DNA of 48,449 bases from Elusimicrobiota bacterium (GTDB lineage Bacteria > Elusimicrobiota > UBA8919). The notes under the pieces were generated by a model. That model was given only the letters and a program-made list of their open reading frames with translations, was not told the DNA's origin and made no database searches. The stretch is from assembly GCA_043816185.1 (NCBI GenBank), contig JBDRIG010000010.1, forward strand, positions 1-48,449. Reading direction: 5' to 3'. This document shows, piece after piece, positions 27,206 to 37,721 of the stretch. How positions within the stretch are numbered: the first letter of the stretch is position 1; each line of letters begins with the position of its first letter. A program made the translations under genes and the position numbers.

Positions 27206-27322
27206 CAGACTGTGTCGCAATGAGCTAAAAAGTTGCATTTTTATAGAAGATAGCAACTGATGGTAAAATATGGTACTGCAATCCAACACTAGATGGCAAA
27301 AGATGGATTGCGACACAGTCTG
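27206..27322 (+). mobile_element. 117-bp MITE-like element (family A), copy 1
   Basis: Terminal inverted repeats cagactgtgtcgcaat ... attgcgacacagtctg. No ORF. Near-identical copies at 38578-38693 and, inverted, at 43585-43701. Confidence 0.8.
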
Positions 27323-27364
27323 CTTGTTGTCATGGTCGTTTGTGGTGGCCTCGCAGTAACCATT

Positions 27365-27410
27365 AACATAAAATAGGTTGTCGGTAAATGAGTCGCTTAA
27401 CGAAGCAGTG
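27365..27410. repeat. hairpin repeat (family C), half copy
   Basis: aacataaaataggttgtcggtaaatgagtcGcttaacgaagCagtg. Two mismatches against 16699-16744. The left arm is absent. Confidence 0.7.
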
Positions 27411-27481
27411 ATAATAAACTCGTGAACGAGACGTAAACAAGATGTGAATAATGATAAAAATTTTGTCTGGAAAGGAGTGTA

Positions 27482-28489
27482 ATGACTATGAAAAAAATTA
27501 GCGAGACGTCCGACGTAAATCTTGTTGAAAAACTTGTTGAGGCAAAGATGGCAATTATTGAACAATTAAGAAATGTTATTGTTGGTCAGCAGGATGTAAT
27601 TGATCAGCTTTTAATTTCGCTTTTTGCCAAAGGGCACTGTCTTATCGTTGGTGTTCCAGGTCTTGCCAAAACACTTATTGTTTCCACAATTTCACAAATT
27701 CTGAATTTACAATTTTCAAGAATTCAGTTTACGCCAGACCTGATGCCGTCGGATATCACAGGAACAGAAGTTATTCAGGAGAATATTTCAACAGGCGAAC
27801 GTACATTTAAGTTTATAAAGGGTCCTATTTTTGCCAGCATAGTTCTTGCCGATGAAATTAATCGCACTCCACCAAAAACGCAGTCAGCACTTTTACAAGC
27901 GATGCAGGAATATAAGGTAACTGTTGCGAGGCAAACCTATCAATTGCCCGATCCATTTTTTGTTTTAGCAACCCAAAATCCGATTGAGCAAGAAGGAACG
28001 TATCCATTACCAGAAGCACAGTTGGATAGGTTTTTCTTTCAAATAAATATAGATTATCCGTCGCAAGACGACGAAAAAGAAATTATTAGAAAAACAACTG
28101 GAACGTATTTGCCACAGACAAAAAGCATACTAAGTTCAAGTGAAATTTTGGCATTACAGGAAATTATAAGAAAAGTACCTGTTAGTGATTATGTGATCGA
28201 TTATGTTATTAGGCTTGTTTCTGAAAGTCGTCCAAAAAATTCATCATTTGATTTTATAAAAAAGTGGATAAACTGGGGAGCAAGTCCGAGAGCATCACAG
28301 AATTTTATACTTGCGGGAAAAGCAAGAGCAGTGTTAGACGGAAGATACACTGTTTCCGTTGAGGATATAGAGCATGTTGCGTATTCTGTTTTGAGACACC
28401 GTCTTATTCTAAACTATACAGCCGAAGCAGACGGGTTGACATCTGAGGAAATTATAAAAAAATTGCTGGAAAACGTAAAACCAAAATAA
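27482..28489 (+). CDS. moxR: MoxR-family AAA+ ATPase
   Basis: Walker A GVPGLAKT, Walker B VLADEINR, ATQNPIEQEGTYPLPEAQLDRF. About 330 aa, as in MoxR. Confidence 0.9.
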   Translation: MTMKKISETSDVNLVEKLVEAKMAIIEQLRNVIVGQQDVIDQLLISLFAKGHCLIVGVPGLAKTLIVSTISQILNLQFSRIQFTPDLMPSDITGTEVIQENISTGERTFKFIKGPIFASIVLADEINRTPPKTQSALLQAMQEYKVTVARQTYQLPDPFFVLATQNPIEQEGTYPLPEAQLDRFFFQINIDYPSQDDEKEIIRKTTGTYLPQTKSILSSSEILALQEIIRKVPVSDYVIDYVIRLVSESRPKNSSFDFIKKWINWGASPRASQNFILAGKARAVLDGRYTVSVEDIEHVAYSVLRHRLILNYTAEADGLTSEEIIKKLLENVKPK

Positions 28490-28565
28490 GGCGATAAATC
28501 GATAAAATTTTTCTGTATAACCATATAACGATGCAGGTGTATCGATATATCGATGTTTAATATTT

Positions 28566-29453
28566 ATGAAATCATATCTTGATCCGTTGGTCGTTGCCAA
28601 AATTTCAACAATGTCCTTAAAGGCAAAATATGTTGTTGAAGGTTTTATTTCAGGACTTCACACCAGCAAATTTAAGGGTCATTCGTTAGAATTTGCCCAA
28701 CACAGAGAGTACTCGTTTGGCGACGAACCAAAGCATCTTGATTGGAAAGTTTTTGGAAAATCAGACAAATTTTTTATTAAACAATATGAGGAAGAAACAA
28801 ATCTTAAAGCATACATATTGCTCGATGCGAGTGGTTCAATGGGTTATAAATCAGGTGGCATCTCCAAATTAGAATATGGTTCCTATGTTGCTGCTGCACT
28901 TTCATATCTTATGATAAAACAGGGGGATGCTGTTGGGTTGGTCGTCTATGGTACTGAAATAAAAAAAAATATTCCACCGCGGTCAAATTTAAGTCACTTA
29001 TCGGTTATTTTTGATGAACTTTCAAAAACGACACCTTGTGGTGAGACCGATATTTCAAAAATGCTCAATGGTTTTTCTAAAAAACTTAAAAAAAGAGCAT
29101 TGATAATTTTAATTTCAGATTTATTTGATGATCAGGAAAAAATAATTAAAGCAGTAAAAAGTTACAGATTTGCTAAAAATGATGTTATTATATTTCACGT
29201 TATGGATGAAATTGAGGAAAATCTTAACATTGACGGAAATGTTCAATTTAAATGCATGGAAAACAAAGATTTTTTAATTACGGAACCAAAAATTATAAAA
29301 GATAAATATCAAAAAATTATTTCTGAATTTATTGAAAAATACAAATCAGAATTTAGAAAAAATGATATAAGTTACTCCTACCTTAACACTTCATCGCCAC
29401 TTGATTTATCATTGACAAATTATCTTTCAAAAAGGGAAAAGTTTCTAATATGA
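28566..29453 (+). CDS. DUF58-family protein (vWA-like, MIDAS motif)
   Basis: FAQHREYSFGDEPKHLDWKVFGKSDKFFIKQYEEE signature. MIDAS LLDASGSM. Immediately downstream of moxR. Confidence 0.85.
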   Translation: MKSYLDPLVVAKISTMSLKAKYVVEGFISGLHTSKFKGHSLEFAQHREYSFGDEPKHLDWKVFGKSDKFFIKQYEEETNLKAYILLDASGSMGYKSGGISKLEYGSYVAAALSYLMIKQGDAVGLVVYGTEIKKNIPPRSNLSHLSVIFDELSKTTPCGETDISKMLNGFSKKLKKRALIILISDLFDDQEKIIKAVKSYRFAKNDVIIFHVMDEIEENLNIDGNVQFKCMENKDFLITEPKIIKDKYQKIISEFIEKYKSEFRKNDISYSYLNTSSPLDLSLTNYLSKREKFLI

Positions 29454-31381
29454 CATTTCTTAATTCTGCTTTTCTCTTCGGTCTAACAGCCGTTTCGATA
29501 CCAATAATAATTCATTTACTTTCCAAAAAAAAACCAAGAATTATTAATTTTAGTGATTTAAGATTTTTGGAACTTGCCGCTCGTCAGTATGTGAAAAAAT
29601 TCAGAATACGACAGTACTTGCTTCTTTTAATAAGATGTCTTTTAATAGGTATCCTTACATTTATTTTTGCTAGACCTGTAATGCATTATGTTTCTTCGTC
29701 TAAGAATACTGAAACAGTTTTTCTTATTGATAATTCTTACTCTATGGATTATTATAAAGACGGTAAAACACGGCTTGAAGATGCAAAAAATGTTGTAAGG
29801 CAAACCCTCAATTTGTTAAACCCACAGGAAAAAATTACAGTATTTTCCTTTTCGGATACAGTAATACCTGTTGTAAAAAATCCTACAACAGATAAAGATT
29901 TAGTAATAAAAGAGGTAGAAAGAATAAAAATTGAGTATAAAAAGGCAAATATTACAAGTGCCATAAATAGTATTAAAAACTATTTCCAAAATAATAATAT
30001 AGAAAGAAGAATTATTATTGTTACCGATTTTGCAAAAAATAGTTGGACACAAAAAAAAGACGTTGAATCGCAAAATTATAAAATCGTTTGTATTGATGTT
30101 GGTGACAATAATGCTAAAAATTTTGCAGCATCAGATCTTGTTGTCGACGATAACAAGATAAGATTTTGTGTTTCGAACTATTCCAACGATAAGAAAAATA
30201 TTTCCGTTGATTTATATATTGATGATCAAATATATAAATCAACATTTCTTAAAACATATCCACATAAAGTTTCCGAAGCAACGTTTGATGTAAAAAATAT
30301 TCAAAAAGGAATTCATAAATGTTTTATTGACATTGAACCAGATAAACTTCTACCCGATAATAAATATTTTTTTGCATTTAATTATAAAGAAAAACCAAAA
30401 GTTTTACTGGTAGACGGCCATCCTCAATTTTCTGATTTTAATGGCGAAACTTTTTTCTTAAAGACAGCACTTACAAATTATTCTGATATTAAAGTTATAA
30501 ATTTTTCACAATTCGAAAACGAAGAAACAAACTACTCTATCTTATTTTTCTGTAATGTTTCTAACTTTACCAAAAATGAGGTCTTAAAGTTAAAAGATCT
30601 TATGTTAAACAACAGATATCTTGTTTTTTTTCTTGGTGACAAAATTTTAGACGAAGAATATAATACGAAAATATCTTTTTTATTACCATGTGAAATATCG
30701 TCTATTTTAAGCAACGGCCAATTATCGAACTACAATTTGTTTGAAAATAAAGAAATAATAACGGATGAAAATATTCATATTGATAAAAGATTTCTGTTAA
30801 TTCCTAAATATAACTCCGAAGTACTATTAAAGTTTACCGATGGTACACCACTTTTAATCAAAGGCAAAAACAATGTTTTTACCTTTGCAATATCTGCAAA
30901 TCTTTCGTACTCCGATATACCAATAAGACCTATTTTTCCTGTTATTATAAAACAACTTTTCAGTTATTTTTTAGATAACAATATTTTAATAAAATCGGCA
31001 AATATACAAGATACGTATTTAAAGACAGAAGAAACAGTTTCCGAAGTTGTTTTGCCGGACTATAGAACGGTGAAAAATTCAAATGAAATTTTATTTGAGA
31101 AAGCTGGCGTGTATGAAATTAGATATAAAAATCATAAAACGGAGTATGTGAATATAAATCCTGATACTAAATCTGGCGAATCCGATTTGACAAAAATAGA
31201 TGCAATAGAAATTAAAAAAATATTTGATAAAATGTTTAGTGGGGTGGTAATTATGGACGACAATTTTGAAAATAAGATGAAAAAAATATTATATGGCAAC
31301 GAAATAACAAAGTATCTTTTATTGCTTTTGTTGATGCTTTTTATAGTTGAAACACTACTTGCAAACTGGAAAAAATTATGA
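29450..31381 (+). CDS. BatA-like protein (N-terminal double-TM aerotolerance-type domain plus vWA)
   Basis: FLNSAFLFGLTAVSIPIIIHLL N-terminal domain. MIDAS FLIDNSYSM. C-terminal TM helix. ATGA overlap with the DUF58 gene. Confidence 0.7.
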   Translation: MTFLNSAFLFGLTAVSIPIIIHLLSKKKPRIINFSDLRFLELAARQYVKKFRIRQYLLLLIRCLLIGILTFIFARPVMHYVSSSKNTETVFLIDNSYSMDYYKDGKTRLEDAKNVVRQTLNLLNPQEKITVFSFSDTVIPVVKNPTTDKDLVIKEVERIKIEYKKANITSAINSIKNYFQNNNIERRIIIVTDFAKNSWTQKKDVESQNYKIVCIDVGDNNAKNFAASDLVVDDNKIRFCVSNYSNDKKNISVDLYIDDQIYKSTFLKTYPHKVSEATFDVKNIQKGIHKCFIDIEPDKLLPDNKYFFAFNYKEKPKVLLVDGHPQFSDFNGETFFLKTALTNYSDIKVINFSQFENEETNYSILFFCNVSNFTKNEVLKLKDLMLNNRYLVFFLGDKILDEEYNTKISFLLPCEISSILSNGQLSNYNLFENKEIITDENIHIDKRFLLIPKYNSEVLLKFTDGTPLLIKGKNNVFTFAISANLSYSDIPIRPIFPVIIKQLFSYFLDNNILIKSANIQDTYLKTEETVSEVVLPDYRTVKNSNEILFEKAGVYEIRYKNHKTEYVNINPDTKSGESDLTKIDAIEIKKIFDKMFSGVVIMDDNFENKMKKILYGNEITKYLLLLLLMLFIVETLLANWKKL

Positions 31382-32112
31382 AAAACAAAAAATTGTTTTT
31401 TTCACTATTCACTATTTATTACTCGCTATTTGCTATTCACTATCTTTCCGCTCAACAAGACGGCAAATTTGTTTTTGCACAATTATCGTACTCTGGTAAT
31501 TGGGATACTCGGGCAACTGCTTGGGATAAAATATTGAAATTTTTGACCGTCTCAACAAGCGTAAAAAGCATCAGCGAAAGAAGAATTGTTCAAATTAAAG
31601 ATGAAGAACTTTTTTGGTCGCCATTTTTGGTAGTTACTGGCGATTGCAGTTTTGTAATAACCGATGATGAAATAAAAATTCTTAAAAAATATATTCAATG
31701 TGGCGGAATGATTTTTATTGACGATTCATCTAATAAAAAAGATTCAATTTTTAACAAATCAGTAAGAAATATGGTCAATAAAATATCGCCAGAAAATCCA
31801 CTTACAAGAATTCCAATTTCGGATGCTATATTAAAATCGTTTTATCTGCTACAGGATATCTCTGGTAGGGTAATAACAAACAAATATTTAGAGGGTTGTA
31901 AAATAGGCGATCGTTACAGCATTATTTATTCGCAAAATGATTTATTGGGTGTGTGGGAAGAAGATAATCTCGGAAATTACATTTATTCTTGCAATGATAA
32001 ACAGAGATGGGAGGCAAAAAAAATGACGATAAACATTATAATGTATTCTCTTACTGGAACATATAAATCGGACGCAATCCATCTGCCTTTTATAAAAAGT
32101 AAAACCCGTTAG
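31378..32112 (+). CDS. DUF4159-like exported protein
   Basis: Signal peptide, then FVFAQLSYSGNWD... and GGMIFIDD segments resembling DUF4159, which is typical of these operons. ATGA overlap with the upstream gene. Confidence 0.6.
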   Translation: MKNKKLFFSLFTIYYSLFAIHYLSAQQDGKFVFAQLSYSGNWDTRATAWDKILKFLTVSTSVKSISERRIVQIKDEELFWSPFLVVTGDCSFVITDDEIKILKKYIQCGGMIFIDDSSNKKDSIFNKSVRNMVNKISPENPLTRIPISDAILKSFYLLQDISGRVITNKYLEGCKIGDRYSIIYSQNDLLGVWEEDNLGNYIYSCNDKQRWEAKKMTINIIMYSLTGTYKSDAIHLPFIKSKTR

Positions 32113-32242
32113 AGAACTCCATATTTTTTTGCAAGAGCGTATACTTGTGGTAACTTTTTTGATTGATTAAACTGGAATAAACTCCGCTTTTTCTGAAAAT
32201 AATGAGTAGGTGCGGAAATAAAGATACTGGAGAAATGGCTGA

Positions 32243-34291
32243 ATGAAAAGGACATTTTATATTTTAAGAATCGCTATATTCATACTAATAGTTTTTCTTA
32301 TAATTCAGCCAAAAAGAAAAATTTATAAATTGAGAAGTACTAAAACCGTAGCGGTTTTGGTGGACGATTCTCAAAGCATGCAAAATATCTTTGACAAAAA
32401 AATTTTTTTTAAATTAAAAAAAATAATGTCTAATTTTGCTAAATCACCAAAGATAAATTTTATTTTTTTTAAATTTTCTGACGATATAAAGAATATTGAA
32501 ATATCAGATATTGAAAAACTTACAGCAACTGAAACTAAAACAGACATTGTTGGAGCACTCGAAAAAGTAGATAAAGAATTTTTAGGCAAAGATCTGGACG
32601 CTGCAATTTTGTTTTCTGATGGAAATCAAAATGTAGAAAAACCTGCCGATGAAATAATTAAAAAATTTTCCGAATTAAATATACCTATCATTACCGTCGT
32701 TCCTCAAACTATTTTAGCGAAAAAAAATATATCTATTGGCAAAATTGATGTGCCAGATGTGGCTTTTAGAAATACTGGGCTAACGGTTTCTGTAAAAATT
32801 CATACTTGTGGTTTTGTGGGTCGTAAAATATCTGCATATTTGAAATCAGAAGAAACTGTTTTACAGAGCAAATTGCTTGATATTGTAAGCGATGGTGTTG
32901 TAGATGTTGATTTTGACATAGAGCCACAAGTTGCAGGAAATATTGATTATTCGATAGTAGTGCCCACATATTCTCAAGAAAAGAACATAAACGATAACAA
33001 GAAAAAATTTACAATTAGTGTAGAACCAGAAAAAATTCGCATTCTGTATTTGTGTGGACAGCCATCATTCAACTATTCGTTTTTGAGAAACACACTTAAA
33101 AACGACCCAAATGTTGAACTTGTTTCATTTGTAATTTTAAGAAATCCTGAAAACATAATTCCCGTTTTTGATAATGAACTTTCGCTTATACCTTTTCCGG
33201 TAGATGAAATTTTTTCAAAAGAAATTTTTAATTTTGATCTTTTAATTTTAGATAATTTTAATTATTCCAAATTCACGATAAACTATCAATACCTTGCGAA
33301 TATAAAAAATTTTGTTGTTGCGAACGGTAAATCTCTCTTTGTGATTTCTGGCGATCTTCCTTTATCAGTGTACCAAAACACACCAATTGCTGAACTGTTA
33401 CCTGTAAACGTATCGTCGGAAATTGTCCCGCAGAAATTTCAAATTACAGTTTCACATCCTGAGCATAGTATTGTGAAATTATCAGACGATGTATCAATCA
33501 ATAGTTGTATTTGGAAAGAAATGCCCGAGTTGAACAGCATAAACGTTTCTTCTATGAAAGATAAAAGCGTTATGCTTATTAAGAGCGAGAAATCAAACTA
33601 TCCCGTTGTGGCAATTTCTGAGTGTGGTAAAGGACGCGTTATGTGTAGTATGACACAATCATTGTGGCGATTGGCATTAGGCAGTGAAAATCCATATAAT
33701 TATGTCAAACTAATAGGACAGTCAATTAAATGGCTTACAAATGCTGCCTCTATAAAACAGGTAGTTATTTTTACAAAAAAAAATTATAACGTAAACGATA
33801 TTGCCACTTTAAAAATTCGCGTAAAAGATGAATATTTTAAACCAGTAAATGATGCGATGGTTTATCTTAAAATACTTTTGCCCAACGGTAAATGCGAGCA
33901 GGTTGAAGCCTTCCCTGAAATGGAAAATGGAGAATATCGTGCGAATATCGAATTGTCTTTTTCAGGGAAATATAAAATTACTGCCAAAGCATTTGAGAAA
34001 AAAAGATTTTTAGATAGCGACGAAAATTCTTTTACAGTTTTTGATGTTTCAAGAGAATTAGAAGACATTAATGTCAATGAGCACTTTATGAAAGAAATTG
34101 CAAGTAAAACCGCAGGAAAATTTTTTACAATGAATAATTTTAGCATAGAAGAGTTAGACATAAAACCCAAAACTACAAAATTAGATATTCTATCTGAAAT
34201 AAATATATGGGACAAAATGCCAATCTATTTAATTTTGATTTTTTTATTTGCTCTTGAGTGGTTTTTAAGACGACGAGATGGTTTACTATAA
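32243..34291 (+). CDS. membrane-anchored vWA-like protein
   Basis: N-terminal and C-terminal TM helices. MIDAS-like VLVDDSQSM. Operon context. Confidence 0.5.
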   Translation: MKRTFYILRIAIFILIVFLIIQPKRKIYKLRSTKTVAVLVDDSQSMQNIFDKKIFFKLKKIMSNFAKSPKINFIFFKFSDDIKNIEISDIEKLTATETKTDIVGALEKVDKEFLGKDLDAAILFSDGNQNVEKPADEIIKKFSELNIPIITVVPQTILAKKNISIGKIDVPDVAFRNTGLTVSVKIHTCGFVGRKISAYLKSEETVLQSKLLDIVSDGVVDVDFDIEPQVAGNIDYSIVVPTYSQEKNINDNKKKFTISVEPEKIRILYLCGQPSFNYSFLRNTLKNDPNVELVSFVILRNPENIIPVFDNELSLIPFPVDEIFSKEIFNFDLLILDNFNYSKFTINYQYLANIKNFVVANGKSLFVISGDLPLSVYQNTPIAELLPVNVSSEIVPQKFQITVSHPEHSIVKLSDDVSINSCIWKEMPELNSINVSSMKDKSVMLIKSEKSNYPVVAISECGKGRVMCSMTQSLWRLALGSENPYNYVKLIGQSIKWLTNAASIKQVVIFTKKNYNVNDIATLKIRVKDEYFKPVNDAMVYLKILLPNGKCEQVEAFPEMENGEYRANIELSFSGKYKITAKAFEKKRFLDSDENSFTVFDVSRELEDINVNEHFMKEIASKTAGKFFTMNNFSIEELDIKPKTTKLDILSEINIWDKMPIYLILIFLFALEWFLRRRDGLL

Positions 34292-34304
34292 ATTTACAAT
34301 ATAA

Positions 34305-37300
34305 ATGAATAATATACAGAAATTGTTATTAGACGCAAAAAGAAAAATAATTTTTTTACTTATTGTTAAAAATATTACAATAATATTTATTTCTATATTT
34401 TTTGTTGTATTTATCAATTATTTTGCCGATATTTTAGTCGTATCAACCCATCTTTTTAGACTGATTATATGGTTAATTGCCGTAGGTTTTTCCATTTATC
34501 TATTAGTAGAAATAATTTTGAAAATAAACTATTTAAAACATTCTGACGAGCAAATTGCGATTTTACTTCAGAAAAAAAATCCTACTTTGAAGGATAACCT
34601 CATAAATGCAATACAACTTAAACTAACTAAAAAAATAGAAACTTCGCAAGAACTTGCCGAGAAATTTATAGAACAAACGTCGCAAAAAATCTCACCCAAT
34701 TTATCTAAAACGGTTATTAATTTTGGCTCGATAAAAGGCATTTTTATAATTTTTTTTGTAGTTTTTATTAATTTTGTTTTGTTTTATAAATCGTTTCGAC
34801 TTAATAGATACCTTATGCCTTTTAAGAATGATATAAAAGTTTCTGTTATTCCTGGCAATATTGCTATTACTTCTGGAAGTACGGTGAATGTTTACGCAAC
34901 TGTTAAATTTGAAAAATCGACGCCGAATCTTGTTTTTAGGGAAATTGATGGTAATTGGCGTAAAAATAAAATGAAAAAAATTGCACCAGATAAATATAGC
35001 GAAACGATTGAAAAAATTACAGATGATATTGATTATTATATTGAAGTATTGGACGATCGGTCTCAAAGGTATAGGATTAAAATTGTTGCCCCTTTGACAA
35101 TTGCGGACATCAAACTCGAATATTTTTATCCACCGAACACTGGTTTACAAAATAAGATAGTCAATGAAACTGACATAGAAGCACTCGCGGGAACGACGGT
35201 AAAAATTTCCGCCAGAGCGAATAAAAAAATTAAAGAAGCATTTTTATTTTCGTCCGCTATGCGCTCCGTAGCTTATTACGAGGATAAGGTTACGAGAGCA
35301 GAAACCTTATTGCCTTGTAACTCAGCACAAGATGGTTCGTCGGCCGATATCGTGGAAAAAAATAAAATGGAACTTATCCAAGTAGATACTTTTGAGAAAG
35401 AAAATATTCTTACATCTACAATTGTAATAGGAAAGCAAAGTTGTTTTTGGTTTGAAGTAAAATCTATTGATGATGAAGATTATCAGTCAGTAAAGTATAA
35501 AATTAAAGTTATTAAAAACAATCCTCCTATTGTTGAAATAGTATCTCCTGCTTTTGATGTTGCAATTTCAGAAAATGGAATTTTAAAGATTGTTTATTCT
35601 GCGGAAGATGATTTTGGAATTAAAAAAATAGAAATAGATTACCTAACACTTAAAAAGAAAAACTTGATAAAATCATTTTCAAAACCACAACAAAAAATAA
35701 TTGATGATTACGAAATTGCCATATCAGATTTAGCATTAAAGTCTGGAGACACTATTCAATATCAATTAATCGTTACCGATAATAATATTTATCCATTCCC
35801 GCTGGTAGGAAATTCAAAAATTTATACTATTGAAGTTTTATCACTTGAAATGGAACACAAAATTATAGAAAATGCTTTGGTAGATTTTAATAATGAACTT
35901 CAGGAAATATTGTCAAAACAACTTCAAAGTAACACAATGTTTACCAAACATGATTTTGAAAATGCTCTGAAAATGCAAAAAGATGTACAGGAATCGACAT
36001 CCGCAGAAACTGATAATTTCCAAAAAGTGCTTGAAAAAATGAAAGATGACTCGCTAACTACTTATCAGACATACAATGAATATAAAAATTTATCGCAGGC
36101 GTTATCAAATTTGGAAAAACAAAAAATGCAAGATGCAATAAATATGCTTTCTGATAAACAATATGATCAAGCGGGACAAAAACAAGATGAAATAGCCGAC
36201 GAAATCAAACGGCTTTCGGAAATTTCGGAAAATATTCTGAAAAGTCAAAAAATGGAGGATTTAGTGTCCACCGTTGCAGAAATGAGTGGCATTTCAACAG
36301 GTATAGAAAAAAATCTCAATAATATGAAAGCAATGCCGAATGTTGAAAAAATGAAAGAACTTAAAAAAACAATGGAAAAACTTTCAGAATTGACGAACAA
36401 GTTAGCAGAAAAAATTTCAAAAATGCCGAAGGAACTCCCTAACGATTTTACGAACAATAAAAATGTGAAAAAGATTGATCTTGCCAAAATGCGGTTTACT
36501 GCGGATGAAATGAAATGGACGCTTGAAGCGGGTAACATAGATAAAGCAATTGAACTTGCCAAAAAATTAAACCAACAAATTTCTGATATGCTTAGTTCTG
36601 TTGAAAATGCATCGCAATCTGTTTCGCATAAAGATAACGCAGAGCTTGAATTAAAATTAAACAAATTATCATCGGAATTAAACGAAATTGTTGAAACACA
36701 AAAAAATATTATTACAGATACCCAAAAAATTGATGTCAGACGACTTGAAAAAATTCTTGTTTTACAAAAAGAACTTATTAAAAAATTAGTGGAATTACAG
36801 AAACAGTCGATCTCAAAACTTCAAAACTCAAAAATGATGTTGAAAAAAAACAATGAAGTGGCAGCGAATATCCATAATTTGTATAATTCACCAGAAATTA
36901 AAATGAACACTATCTTGCAAGAATTCATAACCGAAAAAATCAACAAATCACGACAGCTATTGACGGCTACAATAAGCGAACTCGATACGGTTTATAGAAA
37001 TATACATTTTAAAGAACCTGCGGAGTATCTTTTGGAGAGTAAGTTATTGGAGGAAAAAATTCTCTCTGAACTTACAGATTTTTCACCAAATAAAACCACG
37101 ATTTTCAGTAATGAAGATTTTGAAAGACACAAAAAATTATCGGAAACACAAAGACTAAATCAACAAAAAATAGGCGGCATAAAACAAAATCTTCTTGAAT
37201 TGGCAAATAAAACAACATTGGTGTCGTTGGAGACAATTGAGGGTATTTTATCATCGGAAAAATCAATGGAGGGAGCATCGGGAGAGCTTCTAATCTCAAA

Positions 37301-37622
37301 TATATTATCGGCAATTGATTTTGAAAAAAAGGCATTAGACGATTTATTAAATAGTAAAGATGCGTTAGATAAAACATCAAGCCAGATGAAATCTATTATG
37401 GGTGAGTCAATGGCTGGTAGAACAATGCAAAGAATCAGAATGCGTGGGAATGATAGTGGCGGTTCTACTGGTTTTAGAGGCAGATTTGTTAAAATACCGT
37501 CCAAAGATGACTACAGGCCACCGAAAGAATTCAGGGAAGAAATTATTAAATCATTAAGACAAAAATATCCACAAAAATATGAAATGCTAATAAAGGATTA
37601 TTTCAAACGTCTCGTTGAGTAA
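34305..37622 (+). CDS. 1105-aa membrane protein with long coiled-coil region (DUF4175-like)
   Basis: Three N-terminal TM segments. About 500 aa of Lys/Glu/Gln/Leu-rich heptad-like sequence. C-terminal KYEMLIKDYFKRL resembles the tail seen in DUF4175 proteins of Bat-like operons. Confidence 0.5.
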   Translation: MNNIQKLLLDAKRKIIFLLIVKNITIIFISIFFVVFINYFADILVVSTHLFRLIIWLIAVGFSIYLLVEIILKINYLKHSDEQIAILLQKKNPTLKDNLINAIQLKLTKKIETSQELAEKFIEQTSQKISPNLSKTVINFGSIKGIFIIFFVVFINFVLFYKSFRLNRYLMPFKNDIKVSVIPGNIAITSGSTVNVYATVKFEKSTPNLVFREIDGNWRKNKMKKIAPDKYSETIEKITDDIDYYIEVLDDRSQRYRIKIVAPLTIADIKLEYFYPPNTGLQNKIVNETDIEALAGTTVKISARANKKIKEAFLFSSAMRSVAYYEDKVTRAETLLPCNSAQDGSSADIVEKNKMELIQVDTFEKENILTSTIVIGKQSCFWFEVKSIDDEDYQSVKYKIKVIKNNPPIVEIVSPAFDVAISENGILKIVYSAEDDFGIKKIEIDYLTLKKKNLIKSFSKPQQKIIDDYEIAISDLALKSGDTIQYQLIVTDNNIYPFPLVGNSKIYTIEVLSLEMEHKIIENALVDFNNELQEILSKQLQSNTMFTKHDFENALKMQKDVQESTSAETDNFQKVLEKMKDDSLTTYQTYNEYKNLSQALSNLEKQKMQDAINMLSDKQYDQAGQKQDEIADEIKRLSEISENILKSQKMEDLVSTVAEMSGISTGIEKNLNNMKAMPNVEKMKELKKTMEKLSELTNKLAEKISKMPKELPNDFTNNKNVKKIDLAKMRFTADEMKWTLEAGNIDKAIELAKKLNQQISDMLSSVENASQSVSHKDNAELELKLNKLSSELNEIVETQKNIITDTQKIDVRRLEKILVLQKELIKKLVELQKQSISKLQNSKMMLKKNNEVAANIHNLYNSPEIKMNTILQEFITEKINKSRQLLTATISELDTVYRNIHFKEPAEYLLESKLLEEKILSELTDFSPNKTTIFSNEDFERHKKLSETQRLNQQKIGGIKQNLLELANKTTLVSLETIEGILSSEKSMEGASGELLISNILSAIDFEKKALDDLLNSKDALDKTSSQMKSIMGESMAGRTMQRIRMRGNDSGGSTGFRGRFVKIPSKDDYRPPKEFREEIIKSLRQKYPQKYEMLIKDYFKRLVE

Positions 37623-37721
37623 CCTTTTTAATAATTTTATTTTACATTTTTTATTTTTTTTGTATAATTTAACCCATTAGAAATTGTTCTATGCATATAT
37701 AATTCAAAGTGAAAAAGATAA

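Noticed and set aside
25922-27565. 547-aa version of the cysteine desulfurase ORF, with a 147-codon N-terminal extension
   Set aside because: The extension translates the MITE copy and the family C repeat; the same peptide recurs in ORF 43345-43725. The canonical NifS N-terminus MKKIYLDYNATTP starts at 27124.
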